18,923 bases of DNA, taken from NCBI GenBank assembly GCA_019058365.1, contig JAHPZE010000051.1, positions 1 to 18,923 of the forward strand, given 5' to 3'. The number at the start of each line of letters is the position of its first letter. Position 1 is the stretch's first letter. The notes beneath the pieces are model-generated. The model ran no database searches, was not told the origin of the DNA, and saw nothing but the letters and a program-made list of their open reading frames with translations. The DNA is from Promethearchaeota archaeon. Lineage in GTDB: Archaea > Asgardarchaeota > Lokiarchaeia > Sigyniarchaeales > SOKP01. Positions 1-7,801 of this stretch are shown here, piece by piece. Made by a program: the position numbers and the translations under genes.

Positions 1-106
1 AAACGAAGAACGTTGAAAACATTTATAATTCTTCATTCATTTATAAAAATACCCTTTAATTCTTTTTTTTTCATTTTATTAAAAATTGAGCAAAAAAATT
101 CAAAAT

Positions 107-265
107 TTAACCAGGTATTTTTACTCTTCTTCTCGCCACTTCTTTTAAAAGAAGATGATTTACCATTTTTTTGTCGCTTTGGGTAACTTCATTATGAGGA
201 GTTATTATCTCATTAATATAAATATCATCCCTATTAGGATGAGGTAAAACTTGTTCTAGGTGCAT
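107..265 (-). CDS. Putative small protein, 52 aa (MHLEQVLPHPNRDDIYINEIITPHNEVTQSDKKMVNHLLLKEVARRRVKIPG)
   Basis: Manually translated ATG(265)..TAA(107), 53 codons, below the ORF-track cutoff. Co-directional and 77 nt downstream of the DHH gene; followed by a T-rich tract on the minus strand. Confidence 0.45.
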   Translation of the reverse strand: MHLEQVLPHPNRDDIYINEIITPHNEVTQSDKKMVNHLLLKEVARRRVKIPG

Positions 266-342
266 CTTAATTAAGTGAAAAAAAAGTAATTTATAAAATT
301 TCCTATTAATCTTTAGAAAAAAGAGAAAATTAATACTTATTT

Positions 343-1305
343 TTAAATTCGGTCAATTCTAAATTTATTAATACAAATTTTCATACTTTGTATAAAATCT
401 TGACTGATTTCATGATTAGTAGTAAAAAGCTTATCACATTTAAATCCAGCTCTATTCTTATGACCTCCACCTCTATAATTTCTAGCTAATTCCCGGCAAT
501 TGACATAATCACTATGGATAATTATTTCGTTATATCGAAAGTCAATCCCTATATAACATTTTATCTCAGTAAAATGCTCCTTTAATATAGATACTATTTT
601 TCCCCCACCAAGCTTAGCAAAAGAAATTAAAATTTCACCAAAATCTTTAACATCTATCATTTTTATATGATTTAGGGCAAATTCAGTTTGATTACTTTCC
701 AATTGTTTTACTTTCACTAACTCTTCATCAAACCAAGGATCTTCAAACTTTCCAATAGACATTAAATCAACAATTTTTTTCTTAACATCATCTAATTCAT
801 ATCCTCTGTTGTAAGCAATAATCGATTGAAGATTGGATGCAATTTCATACTTTTTTGTTTGGAAATCTATATCTCTAGAAAATTTGGCAATCTTGTTAGC
901 AACATAATCATCTGGTAAATAATAATCTTTAACAATTTCGGCGCTGCACCTCTTAGGATCATTTAGATAAAGCTCCAGTAATTTTTCTAATTCTTCTTTA
1001 TTATAATTATCTATTAAATGATGGTCATACCAAAATATTTTACAATCCTTATCTTTCGCCCTACTAAATAGAATAAATAATTCTCTAAAATCTTCATTAA
1101 AACCGATATCAGAAATAATAAATTGGTTTTGCAGAGGAAACTTATTAAAAATTTTTTTTACAAGATCTCTAAAATTTGTATAATGAGCATAATATAATTT
1201 CATTTCTTGCGTTTTATCTTCATTAAAATAATCGAAATATCTCTTAACGATTGCTTGTGAACCTAATCCATCAAGATCTAATTCATGAGTAATAGAAATA
1301 ATCAT
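343..1305 (-). CDS. DHH/DHHA1-family phosphoesterase (nanoRNase/oligoribonuclease-like)
   Basis: Motifs THELDLDG (DxD), ISDIG, WYDHH and C-terminal DHHA1 GGGHKNRAG. Confidence 0.9.
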   Translation of the reverse strand: MIISITHELDLDGLGSQAIVKRYFDYFNEDKTQEMKLYYAHYTNFRDLVKKIFNKFPLQNQFIISDIGFNEDFRELFILFSRAKDKDCKIFWYDHHLIDNYNKEELEKLLELYLNDPKRCSAEIVKDYYLPDDYVANKIAKFSRDIDFQTKKYEIASNLQSIIAYNRGYELDDVKKKIVDLMSIGKFEDPWFDEELVKVKQLESNQTEFALNHIKMIDVKDFGEILISFAKLGGGKIVSILKEHFTEIKCYIGIDFRYNEIIIHSDYVNCRELARNYRGGGHKNRAGFKCDKLFTTNHEISQDFIQSMKICINKFRIDRI

Positions 1306-1362
1306 TTTTTTTAACTTGTTTAGAATATAAATTAATAATATATCATTAGAAATAAGTGATTT

Positions 1363-1815
1363 TTAGAATAATGTTAAAAATGGTTTAACTTTCTCTCTTC
1401 CTTCGGCATTCTCAATACACTCTAGAATTCTTTTAGATAGATCCTTTTTTTTTTGAAAATATATTCTCATTATATCATCTAAAGATTTATAGGGATATCT
1501 TTCCACTAACGCAAGATCTCTTCTTGAACACCCACTTTGTCGCATACAACAATAAGAAAGTGAACCAAAACATACAATTTCAGAATCCCAATTATTTTCT
1601 TTCGAAAATTCCTCCTTAATTCGGATAAATTCGTCAGTTCCAAGACCTAGATCCTTCAATCTTTCATCTCTTCTGCATTTAAAACCATATGTAAGCGAAT
1701 ATCCTGGTTTACAACAAAATGTTAAAGCACGATAATCTCCCCCCATGCATATTGGTACCGGGGCATTATTTTCCCATCCTGGAAGGTTCCTAATTTTATC
1801 TTCTTCTAACTTCAA
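1363..1815 (-). CDS. Methanogenesis marker 9 domain-containing Cys-rich protein (probable Fe-S/metal binding)
   Basis: WENNAPVPICMGGDYRALTFCCKP and CFGSLSYCC...C motifs fit the marker-9 domain pattern. TTG start; no in-frame ATG further upstream before a stop. Confidence 0.8.
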   Translation of the reverse strand: MKLEEDKIRNLPGWENNAPVPICMGGDYRALTFCCKPGYSLTYGFKCRRDERLKDLGLGTDEFIRIKEEFSKENNWDSEIVCFGSLSYCCMRQSGCSRRDLALVERYPYKSLDDIMRIYFQKKKDLSKRILECIENAEGREKVKPFLTLF

Positions 1816-1868
1816 ATTATTCTCATATAGCCTAAATTTGTAATAACCCTAAATAAATATAATAAGAG

Positions 1869-2031
1869 GGCTCGGTACGGGAATTATTCCGAAAAGAATA
1901 TGTTTCTTTCCGTTTGAACCCGTCTGTCCCCGGTTGTAAGGATATTTTCAAACCTCTAGGGATTCACAGTCCCCAATATTAGACGTTATAGCTTATATAA
2001 CCATAACTCTAACCACTATACGAACCGAGCC
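1869..2031 (-). tRNA. tRNA-His(GUG) with encoded G-1 and three non-canonical BHB introns (2008-1979, 1955-1926, 1913-1884); CCA not encoded
   Basis: Removing three 30-nt segments gives a 73-nt cloverleaf: G-1 GCTCGGT TC GTAT AGTGGTTA GTAT T GGGGA CTGTGAA TCCCT AGAG ACGGG TTCAATT CCCGT ACCGAGC C73. The 7-bp acceptor stem is perfect, the anticodon GTG is at 1967-1965, and G-1:C73 is the His identity element. Confidence 0.92.
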
Positions 2032-2091
2032 ATAGTTTTTTTTTTATAATAATAAATCTAAATGTTTACTTATAAAAAAATTTAATTATCC

Positions 2092-2664
2092 CTATTGGTT
2101 TTCACTTACCACGGAAATTATATATTTTAGACATTGATTAATTGCACTATCAAGTTTTCCAGAATTATCAATAATTATGTCGGCTTCTTGAAATAATTGA
2201 TAACTTTTTGCTCGTTCTATTCTTTCTTCTAATAATTCTGATCCTTCTCTTCCTCGATCTTTTAAACGTTTTATAGTTGTCTCAAGAGGCACATAAATGA
2301 AAATTACTTTAAGATTTTTATAAATATCTCGTGTTTTTTTCACAATTGACCGACTTACATTAACAATAACGGGGTGCCCCTCTTTAAGAAAATCTTCAAT
2401 TGTTATAGGAATTCCATAGGATAAACGGTAAATTTGCCATTTGAAGGCAAATTCTCCTTTGTTCTCCATTTTTTTGAATTCTTCTGGAGATATTGAAAAG
2501 TTTTTTTCAGTTTCAGAAGGTGGTCTCGTAATAAATCTTTTCGGAGCATAAATCTGCTTCAAATACGAGGGATATGCTTCTAACACTCCTGAAATTATTG
2601 AATCTTTGCCAGAACCAGAGTTTCCTACAACCAAAAATAATGTACCAGTGAACTTTTTTGACAT
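2092..2664 (-). CDS. phnN: Ribose 1,5-bisphosphate phosphokinase PhnN-like (guanylate-kinase fold)
   Basis: P-loop VVGNSGSGKDS, RFITRP, FAFKW...LSYGIP, VIVNVSR and RLKDRGRE are typical PhnN motifs. Confidence 0.8.
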   Translation of the reverse strand: MSKKFTGTLFLVVGNSGSGKDSIISGVLEAYPSYLKQIYAPKRFITRPPSETEKNFSISPEEFKKMENKGEFAFKWQIYRLSYGIPITIEDFLKEGHPVIVNVSRSIVKKTRDIYKNLKVIFIYVPLETTIKRLKDRGREGSELLEERIERAKSYQLFQEADIIIDNSGKLDSAINQCLKYIISVVSENQ

Positions 2665-2753
2665 TTGCTTGATAAATTATAAAAAAAAAATAAATTATAT
2701 CCATTTAGGAAACAATTAAAATATAAAAAATCATAAAGACTTATAAGAATAAT

Positions 2754-2771
2754 TTATGTTAACTAACTTGA
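2754..2771 (+). promoter_or_regulatory. Candidate DtxR/MntR-type operator (imperfect palindrome TTATGTTA-AC-TAACTTGA)
   Basis: 6/8 arm match and resemblance to the DtxR box TTAGGTTAGCCTAACCTAA. It lies just downstream of a TATA-like TTATAAG (2741-2747), in the divergent region before the DtxR-family gene. Confidence 0.3.
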
Positions 2772-2821
2772 AAAAACAAATTATTATTCAAAAATAAAAC
2801 TTCAAATTTTAGACTTAAGAG

Positions 2822-3244
2822 ATGGCGAAAAAAAGTTCTATATCAACTTCAAAGATCTCAGACATTCCTGAAAGTTACCAAAGATATTTAGATGAAATTC
2901 ATACTATATCTAGTAGAAAAAAAGGTGGATGGGTTACAAACAAAGAAATTGCAGAAAATCTTCATGTTGAACCCGCCTCCGTATCAGGAATGCTCGAAAA
3001 ATTAAAAAATAAGGGATTAATTAAATGGGAACCTAGAAAAGCCATTAGATTAACCGAAGAAGGTAAAAAAATTGCTAAACAGTTAAGTGAAATTCACAAC
3101 CTCCTTTACCAATTTTTCGCAAGAGTTTTGAAAATAGAAGATCAAAAAGTTATTGAGAATCTATCTTGTGAAATAGAGCATCATATTACTCGAGATGTAA
3201 AAACTTCATTAGAACAATTTCTATCACAATATTTGGATAGTTAG
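2822..3244 (+). CDS. DtxR/MntR-family metal-dependent transcriptional regulator
   Basis: wHTH (YLDEI...VTNKEIAENLHVEPASVSGMLEKLKNKGLI...IRLTEEGKKIA) plus metal-binding/dimerisation segment H-x-LL...CEIEHH; no C-terminal FeoA domain. Confidence 0.92.
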   Translation: MAKKSSISTSKISDIPESYQRYLDEIHTISSRKKGGWVTNKEIAENLHVEPASVSGMLEKLKNKGLIKWEPRKAIRLTEEGKKIAKQLSEIHNLLYQFFARVLKIEDQKVIENLSCEIEHHITRDVKTSLEQFLSQYLDS

Positions 3245-3309
3245 ATTTAATTATAATCTTTAATTCAATGGTACAACCAACTTAAAAAAATTCTTTAAAT
3301 GTATTAAAA

Positions 3310-4068
3310 ATGTCTGATGACTTAAAAGAAAAAATTAGTTATGTAAATAAAATATTTGAAAATTTTTCTAACTTTATTGAATTAAGTGATTTTAGATCTT
3401 TTTTATTATTTACTCTAACTAGCCAAGTTCCAACTAACATTTTGGCTCAAATCGGCTTGGGAGGGAATAAAGAAGTAATAAATTTACCATATAATCCTAT
3501 ATTCAATATTTATTATCAGAAAATTAATTTAATATCAGCAGGGTCTTTAATCGTTTACGTAAAAAAAGAAACTATCAGTGAAAAATTTATCTTAGATAAA
3601 GATGATCGAATAATTAAAAATTTTCTGAGTGCTAATGAAATGAGTCTTGCTTTTAGAGGTAAGGAAAAATTTCTCCTCCCAAAGATTAGTGATTGTACTG
3701 TTTATAATAACGATGGAAAATCTAATTTAAAAGTTAAAGTTGACGATTTATTCCATTCATTAGAAAGTTTCCTAGCAGTAGCTGAGCCAAATTTGCTCTT
3801 TGTTGTAGACGCCACTAATGAATCAGAATCTGATATATTATTTACATTTAATATGGTACCAGAGATGCCAGGTCGTATCGATCAAAAGGTTCTGAAAATC
3901 GATGTTTTTTTTGATAAGACTCATAAAACAAAAGATAAAACCTATTTAAAAAGAGAAGAAGATTATACAATAAAATATTTGAATGATATTAAAGAAATAA
4001 GCCATGCAGATACATATAAATCAGCTTTTTCATTAATTCTACATGTAAAATCATTTTCAAAACCATAG
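3310..4068 (+). CDS. Hypothetical protein (252 aa)
   Basis: Long ATG-started ORF co-directional with the DtxR gene and followed by a T-rich tract; no motif recognised. Confidence 0.75.
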   Translation: MSDDLKEKISYVNKIFENFSNFIELSDFRSFLLFTLTSQVPTNILAQIGLGGNKEVINLPYNPIFNIYYQKINLISAGSLIVYVKKETISEKFILDKDDRIIKNFLSANEMSLAFRGKEKFLLPKISDCTVYNNDGKSNLKVKVDDLFHSLESFLAVAEPNLLFVVDATNESESDILFTFNMVPEMPGRIDQKVLKIDVFFDKTHKTKDKTYLKREEDYTIKYLNDIKEISHADTYKSAFSLILHVKSFSKP

Positions 4069-4316
4069 TATCACTCAATTCTTTTTATTTCTTCCATCTT
4101 TTTTTAGAGTGTAAAATAAAAAAAATGTATATTAGTATATTAATACTATTATTGCATTTATTAGAGAGTTGATAGAATTATATTCGTTAACAATTAAGCG
4201 ATTAATACAATTAAAGGATTAATATAATCAATTTATATAACATCCGACAAAATATATTAAATATAATATTCAGTGATCAGTTTACATTTAAATATTTTGT
4301 AAAAAGGGTTGATGAA

Positions 4317-4520
4317 ATGAAGATTATTACAATAAATTTGCCAGAAAAATATTTGCAGGCAATTCAAATTTTAAATGACATGGGAGTTTATCCCTCCCGA
4401 AGTGAAGCGATAAGAATTGCTTTAAATGATTTTTTAGAAAAAGAATTAAAAATGTACAATGATCTCGATGATAATAGCTTTAAAATGCTCATAAGAAGTA
4501 AAAACAACAAAAAAAATTAA
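4317..4520 (+). CDS. Ribbon-helix-helix (CopG/Arc/MetJ) transcriptional regulator
   Basis: MKIITINLPEKYL beta strand followed by ...GVYPSRSEAIRIALNDFL helices, the classic RHH pattern. Confidence 0.88.
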   Translation: MKIITINLPEKYLQAIQILNDMGVYPSRSEAIRIALNDFLEKELKMYNDLDDNSFKMLIRSKNNKKN

Positions 4521-4537
4521 TCTTTTTTCTTTTTTTC
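4521..4537 (+). terminator. Oligo-T archaeal terminator-like tract
   Basis: TCTTTTTTCTTTTTTTC immediately after the RHH stop codon. Confidence 0.5.
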
Positions 4538-4673
4538 ATCTTAGATTTTAAATTTCCAATTTCAATGCATTATCTTTAATTCATTTGATTTACCAAAAAG
4601 AATTAATTAAAAAATTAAATAGAAAAAATGTAATAAAATTTGATATATTTATGTCTAATATTTTTAATGAATT

Positions 4674-4829
4674 ATGAAGAACTTGAAATCTACGCAAATA
4701 ATGATTTTACTAATGCTTTTCTCAAGTGCTTTGTTTCGCATAATGACCCCCATGGCAGAAGGAATTTCTTTTGTTTTGAAATTTAATGAAAATCAAGTAC
4801 CATTCATAAATACATATCTCAAGATATAA
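4674..4829 (+). CDS. Possible 51-aa small ORF with hydrophobic N-terminus (MKNLKSTQIMILLMLFSSALFRIMTPMAEGISF...), or a remnant
   Basis: Manually translated ATG(4674)..TAA(4829); signal-peptide-like start; no recognised domain. Confidence 0.25.
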   Translation: MKNLKSTQIMILLMLFSSALFRIMTPMAEGISFVLKFNENQVPFINTYLKI

Positions 4830-4915
4830 ATAGTCAACTGATTTATTTTCAATTAGATAAAAAGGAACTCAAGTATTATATTCATGCAACAAAAATATAT
4901 ATAAAGGTAAAATTA

Positions 4916-5554
4916 ATGAAAATAACAATTATTGGAACAGGAAGATTAGGGAGTACTTTAGGGAAAATTTGGGCAGAAAAAGGACACATGATTATGTTTG
5001 GCTCTCAAGATCCCCAGAAAGCAATAAAGTTAGCTAATTCAATCGGATTCAATGCAACTGGTGGAACATATGAACAAGCTTCAAAATTTAGTGAAATAAT
5101 CATTCTAGCAGTTCCATGGTCGGGTGTAAAAGAAATAATCAAAAAAGCAGGAGATTTAGAAGGTAAGATTATTGTAGATTCTACTACTACTGCTGCACCC
5201 AGTTTGGGAGGACTTTCAACAGAACCTACTCCGTCTGCGGCAGAAAATGTTGCAAAATGGGCAGTAGGGGCTAAAGTAATAAAAGCAGTTCATACTATTG
5301 GAGTAGAAAGTTTAAATAAAACACACTTTGGTACCCAAGAAGCAAGTTTATTTATTTGTGGAGATGATCTAGATGCAAAATCAAAACTTAAGCAATTAGG
5401 ACAAGATCTAAGTTTTGAAGTTATTGATGCAGGGCCACTTACAAATGCAAGACTTATAGAACCTTTAGCAATACTTTGGATTGAATTAGCTTATAATCAA
5501 GGGATGGGGACAGATATTGCTTTTACTTTATTAAGGCGTAGGATGGCAAAGTAA
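4916..5554 (+). CDS. NADPH-dependent F420 reductase / F420-dependent NADP oxidoreductase family protein
   Basis: Rossmann IIGTGRLG, ILAVPW, SAAE, FICGDD..AK and DAGPL.NAR.IEPL motifs of the F420_oxidored family. Confidence 0.85.
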   Translation: MKITIIGTGRLGSTLGKIWAEKGHMIMFGSQDPQKAIKLANSIGFNATGGTYEQASKFSEIIILAVPWSGVKEIIKKAGDLEGKIIVDSTTTAAPSLGGLSTEPTPSAAENVAKWAVGAKVIKAVHTIGVESLNKTHFGTQEASLFICGDDLDAKSKLKQLGQDLSFEVIDAGPLTNARLIEPLAILWIELAYNQGMGTDIAFTLLRRRMAK

Positions 5555-5715
5555 ACTAATTTATTAACTTTATTTTTCTCTTTTCTATTTCATTTTTATT
5601 TTGCGTTAGATTTCACTTAAGTTATAACTTTAATATATAAAATAAAATTAATTTAAAAATTATAAATAATCATAGGTAGATTATCTTTTAATAAATATTG
5701 ATTTATGAATGAGAT

Positions 5716-6765
5716 ATGCGAGTTGCTAGATATTATAGTAATAATGATATAAGGACTGATGATATACTAAAGCCAATAATCGGTCCAGGAGAATTCATGG
5801 TTAAAGTAAAAAAGTCGGGAATCTGTGGATCTGATATACTAGAATATTATAGAAAAGCAAAAATGAAAAAGTTGGGAGTAAGTTCTTTGATTTTAGGTCA
5901 TGAGATTGCTGGAGACATAATAGAAAAAAGTGAGATTATAAAGCATCTTAATGTGGGAGATCGTGTTTTTGTCTCGCACCATGTGCCTTGTTTTGAATGT
6001 CATTATTGTAAACAAGGACATCATACCGCGTGTGATTTACTACATAATACAAATTTTGATCCTGGTGGTTTCGCTGAATATGTCAGGGTACCTAAAATCA
6101 ATATTGAAAAGAGGGGTGTATATGTTTTAGATAATAATGTCTCATATGAGGAAGCAGTTTTTATTGAGCCATTAGGATGTGTTTGTCGAGCACAACGTTT
6201 ATCAAATATTAAAAAAGGGATGACTGTCTTGATTTTAGGTTGTGGGACATCTGGTTTATTACATGTAAAATTGGCAAAACTTAGAGGTGCTAAAAAGGTT
6301 ATTGCAACTGACATTAATGAATTCCGGTTACAAAAAGCACAGGAATTCGGAGCTGATGAAGTTTTTAACGCAAATAGAGATCTATCAAATGAAATTAAAA
6401 AGATCAACGACTTTAAATTAGCCGATATCGTAATAGTTTGTACGGGAGCTTTATCAGCAGCAAAACAAGCATTGGAATGTGCAGCACCAGGAAGTAAAAT
6501 CATATTTTTTGCGGTTCCAGAACCAGGGATTAACTTAGAAGTTCCGATAAACCGATACTGGAGAAATGAAATTACAATTATGACTTCTTATGGTGCAGCT
6601 CCAGAAGACCTTGATGAGGCATACAATTGGATACTCTCAAAGAGGATTAATGTTGTAGATTTAATTACTCATCGATTCCCCCTCAGCAAAGCTGGCGAGG
6701 CATTTAGAGTAGTATGTGAAGCTGGTGAATCAATTAAAGTAATTCTTGACATGGAACTAGATTAA
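5716..6765 (+). CDS. Zinc-dependent medium-chain dehydrogenase (L-iditol/sorbitol dehydrogenase-like)
   Basis: GICGSD, GHE, structural-Zn CFECHYC...C, EPLGC, NAD-binding GCGTSG and LITHRFPL. Confidence 0.92.
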   Translation: MRVARYYSNNDIRTDDILKPIIGPGEFMVKVKKSGICGSDILEYYRKAKMKKLGVSSLILGHEIAGDIIEKSEIIKHLNVGDRVFVSHHVPCFECHYCKQGHHTACDLLHNTNFDPGGFAEYVRVPKINIEKRGVYVLDNNVSYEEAVFIEPLGCVCRAQRLSNIKKGMTVLILGCGTSGLLHVKLAKLRGAKKVIATDINEFRLQKAQEFGADEVFNANRDLSNEIKKINDFKLADIVIVCTGALSAAKQALECAAPGSKIIFFAVPEPGINLEVPINRYWRNEITIMTSYGAAPEDLDEAYNWILSKRINVVDLITHRFPLSKAGEAFRVVCEAGESIKVILDMELD

Positions 6766-6781
6766 TATCTTGAAAATTCGA

Positions 6782-7744
6782 TTATTTAAAGTGATTGCTT
6801 CTCTGGATATGCTTTCGAATTATCCAGGATTCCCATAAACTATATATTTCAAATAAAAAATCTTTTAATTTTCTTTTTGGGAAAAAAATATCCATTTGAA
6901 GTAATTGTTTAACAACCTCATCTTCTGATAACTTTGAAGAGTTTGATATTTTTAATGCATTATCGACTTTTTCTTGATTTTCCTTAATCTTAGTTCTCAT
7001 ATATTCAAAAGGGTGTGTATCTGGATTTTTTACTATATATGAGTGACTTGAAGTTAAAAACTTCGCATTATTTATAAATATTGACTCCGCTTTATTAATA
7101 TCTTCAATATATTGCGAAATTGAGGCTTGCTTAAATCCATACCAAGGACCAAAACCATCAATCCCAGGTTTTGGTTTATCAAATCCAAGACAACTAATAT
7201 GTAATACTTTTTCTTTAGGTAATAAGAATCCTACATGTGCTTTTGAGTGTCCAGAAAAAGAAATTGTATCTATTCTAAACTTTTCAAATTTTAGTGAATC
7301 ACCAGGTTTGAAACAATTTACTTGTTTACAATTATGAAATCCATTTATTTCTCCAAACTTTTCAACAGAAGAGTACTCCATTGCTTCGTTAAAACCAAAT
7401 CCTTCATAAAAATTGTGTAGATCAAGCAAAAAGTTCGCTTCAGGACTTGGAGCATGGATATTAGCTCCAAATTGCTCCCAAGCATATACATGAGAAGTGT
7501 GGTCGACGTGTGCATGAGTACACACGTAATTTGAGACGGGACCATATATATCATTTAAATTTTTAATATATTTAGGTTCGATATTTAAATCAAGTGCTAT
7601 CGCTTTTTTATTTCTAGCTTTTTTAGGTAAAATTAGAAGTCCATCACAACAAGAAAATAAAAAGGGGACTTTTTTTTGATGGATTAGTAAAATGTCTTCT
7701 GTTACTTCCCAGATTTCAAGATTATCTATTTTTGGAAGAGACAT
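6782..7744 (-). CDS. MBL-fold metallo-hydrolase
   Basis: THAHVDH (HxHxDH), GHS and a later SSH metal-ligand motif. Confidence 0.85.
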   Translation of the reverse strand: MSLPKIDNLEIWEVTEDILLIHQKKVPFLFSCCDGLLILPKKARNKKAIALDLNIEPKYIKNLNDIYGPVSNYVCTHAHVDHTSHVYAWEQFGANIHAPSPEANFLLDLHNFYEGFGFNEAMEYSSVEKFGEINGFHNCKQVNCFKPGDSLKFEKFRIDTISFSGHSKAHVGFLLPKEKVLHISCLGFDKPKPGIDGFGPWYGFKQASISQYIEDINKAESIFINNAKFLTSSHSYIVKNPDTHPFEYMRTKIKENQEKVDNALKISNSSKLSEDEVVKQLLQMDIFFPKRKLKDFLFEIYSLWESWIIRKHIQRSNHFK

Positions 7745-7801
7745 TGATGTAAAATTTACTGATATTTAACCAAATTGTAATAAAAAATAAATAAAACTTT
7801 A

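Noticed and set aside
1-45. Possible start of a minus-strand gene running off the left edge
   Set aside because: Several ATGs, but too few codons to pick a frame.
1861-1885. tRNA 3' end as an integration (att) site
   Set aside because: No duplicate of this sequence and no integrase seen in the window.
2513-2704. 63-aa minus-strand ORF overlapping phnN
   Set aside because: Alternative frame over a well-supported gene; no motif.
4120-4155. AT-rich palindromes upstream of the RHH gene as an operator
   Set aside because: Expected by chance in DNA this AT-rich.
6021-6503. 160-aa antisense ORF inside the Zn-dehydrogenase
   Set aside because: Codon-mirror shadow of the real gene.
7345-7554. 69-aa ORF inside the MBL hydrolase
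   Set aside because: Out-of-frame overlap with no independent support.
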